Positions 34,905-46,405 are shown, numbered from the stretch's first letter. The stretch is DNA of 64,000 nucleotides from Dehalococcoidia bacterium (GCA_034422075.1 DAOUJX010000060.1:5515-69514); one strand, 5' to 3'. The notes: generated by a model not told the origin, from the sequence alone. A program made the numbers and translations.

Positions 34905-36059
34905 GTGATTTCACCGGCTCGTATCCAGGTCACTGAACTGCGCAGGACATACGGGTTCGAGGAGGTGGCGATAGTCCCGGGCGACGTTACGACCAACCCC
35001 GAGCTCTCGATCACTATCCTCGAAATCGGCCCCTTCCAATTCACCACGCCCGTCATCGCCTCGGCGATGGACGCCATCGTCGATGCCAACTTTGCCGGCC
35101 TAATGGCCAAGGCGGGCGGCCTTGGCGTCATGAACCTCGAAGGCGTCTACTCCCGCTACGAGGACCCCGCCGAGGCGCTTGAGGCCATCACCTCCGCCCC
35201 CCGCGAGAGCGTGACGGAGGTGATGCAGAGCGTGTACTCGCAGCCGTTGCGCGATGACCTCGTTGCGCAGCGTGTCGCCGACATCAAGGCGACGGGCGCG
35301 GTTGCCGCCGTCTCCGTCACTCCGCAGAGCGCCAAGCGGCTGGCTCAGGTCGCGGTCGAGGCAGGCGCCGACATCATCGTCGTCCAATCCACCGTCACCA
35401 CGGCGCGGCACATCTCCAACTCCTACCACGGGCTGCGCTTCTCCGAACTTATCCCGCTCATCAGAGTTCCGGTCGTTGTCGGCAACTGCGTAACCTACAG
35501 CGCGGCGCTCGAACTGATGGAGCAGGGCATCGACGGGTTGTTGGTCGGCGTTGGACCGGGCGCGGCCTGCACGACGCGCGACGTTACGGGCGTCGGCGTA
35601 CCGCAGGTGAGCGCAACGCTCGACTGCGCGGCAGCGCGAGACGAGTACTTCGCGCGATCCGGCAAGCACGTTGCGGTTATCACCGACGGCGGGATTCGCA
35701 CGGGCGGCGACCTATGCAAGGCCATCGCAGCGGGCGCCGACGGCGTCATGATTGGCACACCGTTCGCGCAGACGCTGGAGGCGCCGGGCCGCGGCTTCAA
35801 CTGGGGCATGGCGAGCCCGCATCCGGCGCTGCCGCGCGGCACGCGCATCAACGTCGGCGTGGAGGCATCTCTCGAGCAGGTTCTCTTCGGGCCGAGCCAC
35901 CGCACCGACGGGACGCACAACCTGATGGGCGCACTCAAGGTCTGCATGTCGATGGTCGGCGCGCAGACTATAGAGGAGTTCCACGAGCGCGCCGAGCTAG
36001 TGGTAGCGCCCACCATCGCAACGGAGGGCAAGGTCTTCCAGCGCGCGGGGCGGATCTAA
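34905..36059 (+). CDS. IMP dehydrogenase-family protein lacking a CBS insert (GuaB3-like)
   Basis: TIM-barrel IMPDH/GMPR pattern (TTPVIASAMD, GVGPGAACTTR, ITDGGIRTGGD). 384 aa. Confidence 0.85.
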   Translation: MISPARIQVTELRRTYGFEEVAIVPGDVTTNPELSITILEIGPFQFTTPVIASAMDAIVDANFAGLMAKAGGLGVMNLEGVYSRYEDPAEALEAITSAPRESVTEVMQSVYSQPLRDDLVAQRVADIKATGAVAAVSVTPQSAKRLAQVAVEAGADIIVVQSTVTTARHISNSYHGLRFSELIPLIRVPVVVGNCVTYSAALELMEQGIDGLLVGVGPGAACTTRDVTGVGVPQVSATLDCAAARDEYFARSGKHVAVITDGGIRTGGDLCKAIAAGADGVMIGTPFAQTLEAPGRGFNWGMASPHPALPRGTRINVGVEASLEQVLFGPSHRTDGTHNLMGALKVCMSMVGAQTIEEFHERAELVVAPTIATEGKVFQRAGRI

Positions 36060-36119
36060 GCGGCTATACCCCATAGGCGCCCCCGCCCTCTCCCAGCGGA
36101 AAGGGTTTTCGCGCGGGGA

Positions 36120-36467
36120 TTACAGACTTGCGTCTGGATGGCCCTCATCCCTGCTTTCGCAGGAACGACGAATCCCCCTCATCCCAACTCTCTCCCGGTA
36201 CGAGAGGTCGGGGAGAGAGGCCGTAAGGACTTCCGCACCGGCGATGTTGCACCGAAGCGCGGTGTGCGGCGCGGCCGAGCGCAGGATGCCCTTGCGGTAC
36301 AGGAGCTCCACGTCGTGTGCGAACGCCGTCGGAGCGAGCACTACCGAGGTGAAGGACCGCCCGTCCTCGACGCCGCTCCATATGCTGCGGCCCACCGATA
36401 TACACGCATAGTCGCGCGCTGACTGCTCCTGCTCCGAGTGGTCGATTGCGATGGTTGAGGTGTTCAT
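36120..36467 (-). CDS. Hypothetical protein (115 aa)
   Basis: ATG with GGAGGG upstream. The C-terminal third runs through REP-like repeats, so the real extent is doubtful. Confidence 0.3.
   Translation of the reverse strand: MNTSTIAIDHSEQEQSARDYACISVGRSIWSGVEDGRSFTSVVLAPTAFAHDVELLYRKGILRSAAPHTALRCNIAGAEVLTASLPDLSYRERVGMRGIRRSCESRDEGHPDASL
36146..36226. repeat. REP-like hairpin cluster (TCCCTGC-TTTC-GCAGGAA + CGACGAAT; CTCTCTCCCG-N12-CGGGGAGAGAG)
   Basis: Two adjacent palindromes read directly. The first belongs to the family seen at 2211 and 17689. Confidence 0.5.
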
Positions 36468-36668
36468 GGCCCTCCGTGCGCCTGCATGCCGGGTCGGCGG
36501 ACATACAAGGAGCCCCGGCTGCCGTCCCACTTCGGGACCTTGCCGGGGCTCCAATAACCGCGCTACGCCGGTCGGGGGGTAGCGGCGTCGCTGCGTGTGG
36601 CCATGCTAGGTCGCTCGCGCCCCGTCGCACAACGGCCAGATGTCACAAATGGGACGTACGCCGCGCGG

Positions 36669-37190
36669 CTAGTATGTTATCGCCGCCGTGAGTGGGTGCT
36701 CGCCGAGGCGGGAGCGGCCTTGAAGGGCGCCCAACTCGATGAGAACGGCGATGCCGGCTATTTGGGCGCCGGTCTGGCACACGAGGTCGATGGTCGCCGC
36801 CAGCGTGCCCCCGGTGGCCAGGACGTCGTCGACGAGGAGCGCACGGTGGCTGGCAAGCAGGCCATCACGGTGCATTTCGATGGTCTCCTCGCCGTACTCA
36901 AGGACGTACTCGACCCTGTAGGTCTCGTGGGGTAGTTTGCCCGCCTTGCGCACGGGGACGAATCCCGCTCCCAGCGCTAGGGCAAGCGGGACGCCCAGCA
37001 GGTAGCCGCGCGCCTCGATGCCGACCACCCTGTCGATACCGGCATTGCGGTAGGGCGCAGCCAAGTCATCGATGGCGCGCTGCAACGCCTCAGCGTCACC
37101 CAATAGCGGAGTTATGTCACGGAACAGGACGCCCGGCTGCGGGAAGTCGGGGATGCCGCGTACGAGGTCAGCGTAGTCGGGGTTGGGCAT
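36669..37190 (-). CDS. apt: Adenine phosphoribosyltransferase
   Basis: FRDITPLL and PRPP motif LLVDDVLATGGT. The ATG at 37190 has AGGAG upstream. Confidence 0.9.
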   Translation of the reverse strand: MPNPDYADLVRGIPDFPQPGVLFRDITPLLGDAEALQRAIDDLAAPYRNAGIDRVVGIEARGYLLGVPLALALGAGFVPVRKAGKLPHETYRVEYVLEYGEETIEMHRDGLLASHRALLVDDVLATGGTLAATIDLVCQTGAQIAGIAVLIELGALQGRSRLGEHPLTAAITY

Positions 37191-37282
37191 GGCCGACTCC
37201 TGAGGCGGAAGGATGCGCGGCACGCACGGCGGACGCCCTCTGGGTAGAGAGCCGCCCGCCGCGCGCGTTGCCGAATCGTCGT

Positions 37283-38227
37283 CTAGCCGAGGATGAAGTC
37301 GATGAGCACCTGGTCGTGCTCTTCGGGCTTCTCCCACTGAGGCCAGTGGGCGGCGTCGAGCATGTTGTAGTACTTGACGCCGCGAATCTTGCTGGCCGCA
37401 TACTCGCCGAAGGCCGGACCCTGGCCCGGGTTCTTGTCCGTCCAGAAGACCAGCCCGTCCGGCTTGAAATTCTGCAGGTCCTCTTCCTCGTAGGCGAACG
37501 CCCGCGTCCAGTCGCGAACGGCACCATCTACGCGGTAGACGCGCTTGATCGACTCGTAAACGTCAGGGAATGAGTAGAGGCGCAACCGGATGTTGACCAT
37601 CTCGTCGGTCATACGCGAAGGCTCGGCCACGAGCCACTCCATGCGCGCCCGCACCGTCTCGAAAGTAGGGGTGAGGATGGAGGCGCGGGAGAGTTCGGCC
37701 AGCGTGTCGCCGCCGCCGGGGTTCTGAGGGAAGTCGGTCTTCTTCCAGTTGATGCCGCCGACGCCGGTGTTCATGACCAGCTTGCCGGCGCGCTCGGGGA
37801 ACCTCATGCCGAACTCGAACGTAATCGCGCCGCCCATCGATTCGCCCTCAACGTGGGCATACGGGTAGCCGAGCGCGTCGATGAGGTCGACCAGCGCCTC
37901 GGCCTGGCGTTGCGTGCGGTTCTCGTCGTCATAGGGCAGGTGCGTCGAGAAGCCGTGGTACAGCGCGTCAATGGCGTAGACGTGGAAGCCGTTGGCGGCG
38001 AGGTTGTGTAGGTTGCGAGCGTAGGTCTCGGCGTGGCCGCCGATTCCGTGGATAAGGATGAGGGGCTCGCCGGAATCGCCGCACTCGATGACGCGATGCC
38101 GGTACTGCTTGCCCTGGACGATGCGCGTCTGGGTGCCAAGCAACTCGGCTGATACGGGCGGCCACTCGTCCAAGGGGCGCGCCACCACTTCCTTCGATAG
38201 CTGAAGTACGTTAGAGGTCGTGGTCAT
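37283..38227 (-). CDS. Alpha/beta hydrolase (meta-cleavage-product hydrolase-like)
   Basis: HGIGGH oxyanion region and nucleophile elbow GESMGG. The ATG at 38227 has GGAGGTG upstream. Confidence 0.8.
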   Translation of the reverse strand: MTTTSNVLQLSKEVVARPLDEWPPVSAELLGTQTRIVQGKQYRHRVIECGDSGEPLILIHGIGGHAETYARNLHNLAANGFHVYAIDALYHGFSTHLPYDDENRTQRQAEALVDLIDALGYPYAHVEGESMGGAITFEFGMRFPERAGKLVMNTGVGGINWKKTDFPQNPGGGDTLAELSRASILTPTFETVRARMEWLVAEPSRMTDEMVNIRLRLYSFPDVYESIKRVYRVDGAVRDWTRAFAYEEEDLQNFKPDGLVFWTDKNPGQGPAFGEYAASKIRGVKYYNMLDAAHWPQWEKPEEHDQVLIDFILG

Positions 38228-38296
38228 TAGCCACCTCCGCAGGTCGGGTAATGCCGCACTTATACCACCTGCGGGGCACACTGGCTAGGGCGGCGT

Positions 38297-39814
<1,518 letters not shown>

Positions 39815-39841
39815 AGTGCCGTCCTTTCGCTCTGGGGCGCG

Positions 39842-41659
39842 CTATGGCGTCGCGGCGCCCGATGTGAAGAGGGCGCGCAACCGCTCGTTCGTTTCGATGA
39901 CCTGCCTGTGCAGTGCCTCAGCCACTTCGGGGGAGGCGGGGTCATCGGCGAGCATTGCGCGCTCTTGCGCTTTCAATTCCCGCAAGTGCCGCTCCTCCAA
40001 TCGGCGCAAGCACGCCTCGAAGTCGGCAGTACGCTGCTTGAAATCCATCGGAGGGAGCGGGTGCTCCATCAGCCGGTCGAGGTGCTGCGCCAAGTCATCG
40101 TCCAGTCGCTGACGGATATCGTCGATTATACCACCCTCGTGCAGGGCGCTCAACAGCGCGCGGCTCTCCGGCCGCCGCAAGCGGTCGACCTCGACCTGCG
40201 CGGAGCGCTCCATGATATCGGGGTGCTGGAGCAGCAGCGCGAGCGTCTGCTCATCGAGCGGGTCGCCGTCGAGGCGGTGGAAGACCGCTTCAACCTCTGC
40301 CTGCTCGTCAGTCGCAGCGGCGGGCACGGACCGAGCGCGGCGCGGAGGTGCGCTGGAGCGTCCGATGCGTGCGCTCAGCACCGCGGGCTCGACGTCCAGC
40401 AGGCGCGCTAGGCGCTGGAGGTAGCGGTCCTGCTCCGTCCATTCGACACCGTAGAGGATGGGGCGCAGCGCCTCGGCGGCCGCAGCCTTCCCCGCAGGTG
40501 TCGATACGTCCATCTGGTCCGGTGCCGCATCGAGCAGGAAGTCGCCAAGAGGCACGGCGCCGTCGACTGCCTGCCTCCATAGCGTCGGGTCGGAACGTAT
40601 CAGCTCGTCCGGGTCCTTGCCGCTTGGGATCGAAGCGACGCGGAAGGCGTCGAAGGGCGACGCGCTCCGGCGCGAAGATGCTCGCTGCAGGGATGCATCG
40701 GCGGAGCGCTGGGCCAATTCCAGCAGGCTGCGGAACATCGCTCCCTGCCCGGCGGGGTCGGCGTCGAGTGCAAGCACGACGACATCGGCGCGGCGCGTCA
40801 GCAACGCGATTTGGGCCGGCGTGAGCGCCGTGCCCATTGAGGCAACGACGTTGGTGAAGTCGTGCTGGTGCGCGGCGATGACATCCATATAGCCCTCGAC
40901 GACCACCGCACGGCGCTCACGGGCGATGGCCGCTGCTGCGCGGTCGTAGGCATAGAGCATCCGCCCCTTGTCGAAGACGGCGGTTTGGGGCGTGTTGAGG
41001 TACTTGGGCTGCGCATCGTCCATCGCGCGTCCTGCAAAACCCGCCACCTCGCCCGCGTCGTTTCGCAGGGGGTAGATGAGGCGGCCGCGGAACATGTCGC
41101 GCGCGCCGTCGTCATACGGGGTGGCCAGTCCGGCGCTCAGCAGCAAGTCACGTGCAAAGCCCAGGCTCTCGATATGCTTGAGCAGCGCGTCGCCGGTGGT
41201 AGGCGAGTAGCCAAGGCCGAAGGTGACGATCGCCTCGTCGCTGACCCCCCGCGCGCGCAGGTATTCTCGGGCAAGCGCGCCCCGGTCTGCGTCGAGAGAT
41301 TGGCGGAAGAAGCGCTGCGCCGCGTCATTCAGCTCGAACAGCGGGTTGCGCGGCGCATCGGCTGCGGGACGGCGCTCGGGCAGAGCCACTCCCGCCTGAT
41401 GGGCGAGCGAACGCATGGCCTGGGAGAAGTCGGTGTTGTCGGCGCGCATGATGAAGGAGAAGACGTCGCCTCCCGTCGCGCACGCGCCAAAGCAGCGCCA
41501 CGTCTGCCGGTCGGGGAAGACCACGAAGGAGGGCGTGTTCTCCTGGTGGAAAGGGCAGCGCGCCTTCCACGTTCGGCCCGACTGGCGCAGCTCGGGGACG
41601 TACTTGCCTACAACGTCGACGATGTCGAGGCGCGCTTTGATGTCGTCCGCTACGGTCAT
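39842..41659 (-). CDS. dnaG: DNA primase
   Basis: Zinc finger CPFHQENTPSF and a Toprim domain (EGYMDV, DADPAG). Upstream of rpoD. Confidence 0.95.
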   Translation of the reverse strand: MTVADDIKARLDIVDVVGKYVPELRQSGRTWKARCPFHQENTPSFVVFPDRQTWRCFGACATGGDVFSFIMRADNTDFSQAMRSLAHQAGVALPERRPAADAPRNPLFELNDAAQRFFRQSLDADRGALAREYLRARGVSDEAIVTFGLGYSPTTGDALLKHIESLGFARDLLLSAGLATPYDDGARDMFRGRLIYPLRNDAGEVAGFAGRAMDDAQPKYLNTPQTAVFDKGRMLYAYDRAAAAIARERRAVVVEGYMDVIAAHQHDFTNVVASMGTALTPAQIALLTRRADVVVLALDADPAGQGAMFRSLLELAQRSADASLQRASSRRSASPFDAFRVASIPSGKDPDELIRSDPTLWRQAVDGAVPLGDFLLDAAPDQMDVSTPAGKAAAAEALRPILYGVEWTEQDRYLQRLARLLDVEPAVLSARIGRSSAPPRRARSVPAAATDEQAEVEAVFHRLDGDPLDEQTLALLLQHPDIMERSAQVEVDRLRRPESRALLSALHEGGIIDDIRQRLDDDLAQHLDRLMEHPLPPMDFKQRTADFEACLRRLEERHLRELKAQERAMLADDPASPEVAEALHRQVIETNERLRALFTSGAATP

Positions 41660-41893
41660 CGCTTCCTCGGGATAGGTGCCAGTGCTTCGTGTCCGTACAA
41701 GGCTATGCGCAGCGAGGACGCAAGTAGCAAGTGGCAGCATCGCTCTTGGGAGGATGCGTCAGCAGAGTGGCGCCGTAGGAAGTCCACCGGAGCGCGCCTC
41801 TCACGACGAGCTGCCTGCCGCGGAAGCTCAGGTGCGCGGCTCATCGGCCACGTTGTAGCAGGATTGCGCGCTGTGCTAGTGTGGTATGCGTGC

Positions 41894-41970
41894 CGGGGTG
41901 TGGCGCAGCTCGGAAGCGCGCCTGCATGGGGTGCAGGAGGTCGTTGGTTCAAATCCAATCACCCCGACCA
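41894..41970 (+). tRNA. tRNA-Pro (anticodon GGG), CCA encoded
   Basis: Cloverleaf folded by hand. Acceptor CGGGGTG/CACCCCG, D stem GCGC/GCGC, anticodon stem CCTGC/GCAGG with loop AT-GGG-GT, T loop TTCAAAT. 77 nt. Confidence 0.9.
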
Positions 41971-41981
41971 ACCGACAGCTT

Positions 41982-42020
41982 GGGGGCCTGCTCAATGCAC
42001 GAGTGGGCCCCCGCTGTTTG
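41982..42020 (+). terminator. Hairpin after the tRNA (GGGGGCC-N17-GGCCCCC + GCTGTTTG)
   Basis: 7-bp GC stem followed by a weak T tail. Confidence 0.35.
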
Positions 42021-42065
42021 CGCCGATGCGGTCTGGCGGAAGGTTGAAAGCGTCGCGCGGGCTCC

Positions 42066-42377
42066 CTACGCAGCGGCCGCCGCCGGCTGACGCAGCCGCG
42101 CAAGCGCGCGGTGGATGGTCCGCGTGCTCACATCGAAGCGGTGGGCGACCTCGAAGATGGTCAACCCCTGCGTGTAGGCCTCGCAAATCTGCTCGTCGCG
42201 GCCCCGCTTCCGGTACTTCTGATACCACGCGGGGTTGTCGAACTTGCACTGCGGTAGTGGACAGTCCAAGCATGAGGGCGACGCCTCGCAGCCCGTGTCT
42301 CTGTAGTGCTGATGCTCCGGCAGCCCATCAATTGCCGGTTCGTGCCTTCGTCTGCTGGTCGTGCCATAAGTGCGCAT
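42066..42377 (-). CDS. Cys-rich HTH protein (103 aa), possibly terminase-small-subunit/regulator-like
   Basis: CEASPSCLDCPLPQC cluster followed by the HTH GLTIFEVAHRFDVSTRTIHRAL. Confidence 0.55.
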   Translation of the reverse strand: MRTYGTTSRRRHEPAIDGLPEHQHYRDTGCEASPSCLDCPLPQCKFDNPAWYQKYRKRGRDEQICEAYTQGLTIFEVAHRFDVSTRTIHRALARLRQPAAAAA

Positions 42378-42481
42378 CTCTGTCTCCTCTTCTAGGTCCT
42401 TGCGGCTCTGCTATCCATCGAGCAATCGGCAGTCCTGAGCGTCCTCCATCTTTCTGCCTTTCAGAAAGGGCTGGGGCGCGG

Positions 42482-43834
42482 TCACGAGGCAAGCGGGGCA
42501 AGGTGGCGGGCGGCCCACGGCTGTACGGCGGGGTGCGCCCCGGAACCGTCTTGTGCTAGAGCGCCGGCGAGCAGCAAGCCCTTCAAGAAGCCCGCGCTCT
42601 GGCCAGGCAAGTGGATGCGGGGCGCGTCGGCACCGCTCCAATCGACGCGGGCCTCCCGCATCTCGTGGGCAAGCGCACGGCGTTCGACGGAACCGTCGGT
42701 GGCGTAGACGCTCAGCGCACCCGTGCCAAGTGCGGCGACGAGCGCGCTAAGTTGCGCTCCGTCGAGCGCACGGAGCATGGCAACGCGCCCATGCCCTATC
42801 GCTTGATCCAACAAGTGTGTGAATTCGGCGGCGCCTGGGCCGTCGTCGACCGAGACACCTACCTGCTCGCAGTGCCACGTGCCGCGCAGCACCTTGGCAA
42901 CATCCCACGCAAGTCGCACGGAGTCCCGCGCCTCCAGCCAGCGGTGCTCGACGACCTTCGTCGTGCCGCGCGGGTAGACCGCAGCGATGGTCACGACGGC
43001 GGTTGCCGCACTGTTGAGCATGACGGGCATTGCCGTGTCGCGCGGTGCGGCGTGCAGGTGTGAAACGACGACGGAGGCGGCGTAGCGGGCGCCGGGGGAT
43101 GCCGCGTGCTGGCGGTGATGCGCCCCCGTTGCCACCTCGCGCTGGCGCTCCGACAACAGGGGTGCAAGTGCGTGAACGGCGCGCAATTCGTAGGCGCGGA
43201 CGAAGTCTGGATGGTCGGCGCTCAGGCGAGCCCGTGCGGCTTCGATGGTATCGGCGTAGTGAGGCAGCTCCGCCGTCGCGCGCGTCGAATCGACGCGGAA
43301 GTGGCGCGGAGTGCCGCCGGCCTCCGCCGTACGGTTGCGTTCGGCGGCCCGCTCGAACCACGAGCGGCCGTTGCGCGGACGCCCGTAGAGGACGAGCGTC
43401 GCTCCAGACGCCTGCGCCTTGGGAAGGATGACGCTGTCGAACACGTGGTCGTCAAGCGTCTCGGCGTCGGTCACCTCGATGAGGCTGAGGGCGCCGGTGA
43501 GAGAGGCGAGCTCGTTGGGAGCCACGAAGCGCTGCTCGGCGCGGCCCAATCGGACAGTCCGGCCGCGTGGGGCCCACCTGTCGGTGGACGCGCCCTCTCC
43601 GATGCGCTCGACGAGGCGGCGTGCATGGCTGGGGTCGTGCTGCGGCATCACCTTGGCCAGGCGGATGCCAGCGTGGATGCTGAGTGTAAGGAGCAGCAGC
43701 TCCAGTTGCGCCGACAGCTCGCGCAGGCCGGCTCCCTTGGCCAACTCGACAGTGAAGGTCTCGCCACGCTCCTTGAGGACGCTGCCGAGGATGGCTCTGG
43801 CGATGTGCGTCTGGTAGCTCGTAAGTCTGTGCAT
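42482..43834 (-). CDS. Hypothetical protein, weakly terminase-large-subunit-like with a degenerate Walker A
   Basis: The order of elements (YQ...I; [10 protein letters not shown] in place of GxGKS/T; LIEVTDAE Walker-B-like; LYGRP in place of S/T-T-P) resembles TerL ATPases. Similarity was judged by eye only. Confidence 0.3.
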   Translation of the reverse strand: MHRLTSYQTHIARAILGSVLKERGETFTVELAKGAGLRELSAQLELLLLTLSIHAGIRLAKVMPQHDPSHARRLVERIGEGASTDRWAPRGRTVRLGRAEQRFVAPNELASLTGALSLIEVTDAETLDDHVFDSVILPKAQASGATLVLYGRPRNGRSWFERAAERNRTAEAGGTPRHFRVDSTRATAELPHYADTIEAARARLSADHPDFVRAYELRAVHALAPLLSERQREVATGAHHRQHAASPGARYAASVVVSHLHAAPRDTAMPVMLNSAATAVVTIAAVYPRGTTKVVEHRWLEARDSVRLAWDVAKVLRGTWHCEQVGVSVDDGPGAAEFTHLLDQAIGHGRVAMLRALDGAQLSALVAALGTGALSVYATDGSVERRALAHEMREARVDWSGADAPRIHLPGQSAGFLKGLLLAGALAQDGSGAHPAVQPWAARHLAPLAS

Positions 43835-43845
43835 TGTGCTTTCCG

Positions 43846-43857
43846 GAACTTAAGTTC
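43846..43857. promoter_or_regulatory. Perfect 12-bp palindrome GAACTTAAGTTC in a divergent intergenic region
   Basis: Read directly in a relatively AT-rich spacer upstream of pdxS. Direct repeats GTTCTAT(C)GCTTG lie nearby. Confidence 0.3.
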
Positions 43858-43986
43858 TATCGCTTGGCGCACAATTTAGGATATCTGTTCTATGCTTGTC
43901 AAGCGACCTTGCGGCGGGAACCGTCGAATTTGCCAGGCATGACGAATCGCGCCGCCGCACCGTATACTGTGGACGGGAGGAGCGGT

Positions 43987-44883
43987 ATGAGCACGAACGG
44001 CAGAGAGACGGGCACCTTTCAGGTCAAGTCGGGGCTCGCGCAAATGCTGAAGGGCGGTGTCATCATGGACGTGGTGACGCCAGAACACGCGCGCATCGCA
44101 GAGGACGCGGGCGCCTGCGCAGTCATGGCGCTCGAGCGCGTGCCTGCCGACATTCGTGCGCAGGGCGGTGTCGCTCGCATGTCCGACCCCACGCTCATCG
44201 ACGCCATCATCGGCGCGGTTAGCATCCCTGTCATGGCCAAGTGCCGCATCGGCCATTTCGTCGAGGCGCAGGTGCTCCAATCGCTGGGCGTCGACTTTAT
44301 CGACGAGTCGGAAGTGCTCACACCCGCCGACGAGGACTACCACATCTGGAAGCATGACTTCACCGTGCCCTTCGTGTGCGGCTGCCGCGACTTGGGCGAG
44401 GCGCTGCGGCGCGTTGGCGAGGGCGCCGCAATGATTCGCACCAAGGGCGAAGCCGGCACGGGCGACGTGGTCGAGGCTGTCCGCCACATGCGCACCGTTC
44501 AGAGCCAAATCAAACTGGTCTTCGGCATGCCCGACGACCAGCTGACGACGTTCGCCAAGGAGATTGGCGCGTCGCTGGACCTTGTCCGTGCGGTCAAAGA
44601 GCAGGGGTGCATGCCCGTGGTCAACTTTGCCGCTGGCGGCGTGGCGACACCCGCCGACGCCGCGCTCATGATGCAACTAGGCGCTGACGGCGTCTTCGTC
44701 GGCTCCGGCATCTTCAAGTCGGGCGATCCGTCGGCGCGCGCCAAGGCGGTCGTGAAGGCGGTGACGCACTACGGCGACCCTGGGGTCATCGCCGAGGCAT
44801 CGCGCGGGCTGGGAGAGGCGATGGTGGGCATCAGCGCGCGCTCCATCGAGTCCAAGGAGTTGCTGGCGACGCGAGGCTGGTAG
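43987..44883 (+). CDS. pdxS: Pyridoxal 5'-phosphate synthase subunit PdxS
   Basis: [13 protein letters not shown], the active-site lysine context, and full-length PdxS pattern. GGGAGGA upstream of the ATG at 43987. Confidence 0.95.
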   Translation: MSTNGRETGTFQVKSGLAQMLKGGVIMDVVTPEHARIAEDAGACAVMALERVPADIRAQGGVARMSDPTLIDAIIGAVSIPVMAKCRIGHFVEAQVLQSLGVDFIDESEVLTPADEDYHIWKHDFTVPFVCGCRDLGEALRRVGEGAAMIRTKGEAGTGDVVEAVRHMRTVQSQIKLVFGMPDDQLTTFAKEIGASLDLVRAVKEQGCMPVVNFAAGGVATPADAALMMQLGADGVFVGSGIFKSGDPSARAKAVVKAVTHYGDPGVIAEASRGLGEAMVGISARSIESKELLATRGW

Positions 44884-44886
44884 CAG

Positions 44887-45474
44887 GTGACGCGAGCGCG
44901 CACGGTCGGCATACTGGCGCTGCAGGGCGATTTCGCCGAACACGCGGCTATGCTCCGTTCGCTCGACGCCGCCCATCGCGAGGTGCGCCTGCCCGCCCAC
45001 TTGGCAGGCATCGACGCGCTCATCATTCCCGGCGGCGAGAGCACGACGATGGCAAAGCTCATGGACGCCTATGCGCTCCGCGAGCCCCTGAGGGCCTTCG
45101 CGCACTCCGGGAAGCCCATCTGGGGCACCTGCGCCGGCATGGTACTGCTCGCTAACCGCCTTATCGAGGCGGCCCCCGAGCCGCTGGGGCTGCTGGACGT
45201 CACCGTCCACCGCAACGCGTTTGGGCGGCAGGTCGACTCGTTCGAGGCCGACCTCCATGTAGCGGGGATGGGCGATCCGTTCCACGCCATCTTCATCCGA
45301 GCTCCGACTGTCACCGCGGTCGGCGACGGCGTCCACACGCTCGCATCGCTAGACGACGGAGTCGTGGTAGCCGTACGCCGCGACAACCTGCTCGCGACGG
45401 CGTTCCACCCCGAGTTGACGCCCGACCCGCGCTTTCACCAACTCTTCTTGTCGATGATGGAAGCAGCCGCATGA
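44887..45474 (+). CDS. pdxT: Pyridoxal 5'-phosphate synthase glutaminase subunit PdxT
   Basis: GILALQGDF, GTCAGM (Cys nucleophile) and FHPE motifs. Confidence 0.95.
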   Translation: MTRARTVGILALQGDFAEHAAMLRSLDAAHREVRLPAHLAGIDALIIPGGESTTMAKLMDAYALREPLRAFAHSGKPIWGTCAGMVLLANRLIEAAPEPLGLLDVTVHRNAFGRQVDSFEADLHVAGMGDPFHAIFIRAPTVTAVGDGVHTLASLDDGVVVAVRRDNLLATAFHPELTPDPRFHQLFLSMMEAAA

Positions 45475-46385
45475 GCGTGCGAGGGCTGCGCCTGCTGGAC
45501 GCGCCACGTCAAGCATTGCCGGGGCGGCTGCCAAGCCGCGACCTCGCACGCACACTTGACTACCTCGCGCACGGCCCCGATCCGATATCGTCTGGCAGCA
45601 TCGCGCGCTGGAGCATGGCGCCGGTGGCACGGCGGACCGTCGTCCTCACGCACGGCGCAGCCATCGACGCTGTCGCCGTCCTGCGGCCGCGCTCAGGCGT
45701 CCGCTCATGGGAGGTAGCGCACCTGTACGCCAACGACCGCGGCCTAGCGTCGGCTTCCGAACTGATGGACGCCTGTGCAGCCAGAGTCGCAGTGGCGGGA
45801 GGGGAGCGCCTGTTCTTGCGCACCGACGCCGATGGCGCGTTGGCGCGCGTTGCGCATGCCGCCGGCTTCGTGCCACTCTATGCGGAGGACATCTACCGCA
45901 CGACGCACCCCCTAGCGCGCGGGCTGGGCGGGACGCTGCTGCGCCCCACCGCCAAGGGCGACGCGCACGGCCTCTTCCGCCTCTACAATGCCGTCGTCCC
46001 CACGCCGGTGCGCGCGGCGGAAGGGATGACGTTCGAGCAATGGCGCGACTCTGTGTCCACGCCCATTGGCAGGGCGCGAGCGTACGTGCGCGACGGCCTC
46101 GAGGCACTCAGCGCATGGCTGCGGCTCGCACACAGCGGCGAGACGCTCGTCGTTGAGGCGCTGCTTGGCACGGCAGACATAGCCGCCTCGGGCGCACTCA
46201 TTGCAGACGCGGGACGCTTGGCATGGGGCCACGCGCAAGCGGCGTGGCTCGTGCCCTCGTATCAACCGCATCTCGGCTCGGCGCTCCGCAACTACGGCGC
46301 CGCGCCACGTGAGCGATTCGCCGTTTCCGCGCGCTCGACCGCCAAGACGGCCGCCGAGCCTGCGCTGGCGATGGCCAAGGCATAG
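45471..46385 (+). CDS. Hypothetical protein (possible GNAT-fold acetyltransferase)
   Basis: 304 aa, translationally coupled to pdxT. Weak GNAT-like segments (LFLRTDADG..AGF). Family not certain. Confidence 0.4.
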   Translation: MSVRGLRLLDAPRQALPGRLPSRDLARTLDYLAHGPDPISSGSIARWSMAPVARRTVVLTHGAAIDAVAVLRPRSGVRSWEVAHLYANDRGLASASELMDACAARVAVAGGERLFLRTDADGALARVAHAAGFVPLYAEDIYRTTHPLARGLGGTLLRPTAKGDAHGLFRLYNAVVPTPVRAAEGMTFEQWRDSVSTPIGRARAYVRDGLEALSAWLRLAHSGETLVVEALLGTADIAASGALIADAGRLAWGHAQAAWLVPSYQPHLGSALRNYGAAPRERFAVSARSTAKTAAEPALAMAKA

Positions 46386-46405
46386 CGCAGAAAGGAGGAC
46401 CATAG

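Noticed and set aside
40862-42559. Very long ORFs antisense to or overlapping confident genes. Examples: 40862-42559 (+, 565 aa), 51538-53016 (+, 492 aa), 52145-53476 (-, 443 aa), 2163-3401 (-, 412 aa), 21867-22925 (-, 352 aa), 60930-61952 (-, 340 aa) and 16494-17606 (+, 370 aa).
   Set aside because: These are typical high-GC artefacts. The translations are Arg/Ala/Gly/Pro-rich low-complexity sequence without motifs. Each lies opposite a gene with clear family signatures, and 40862-42559 even runs through the tRNA.
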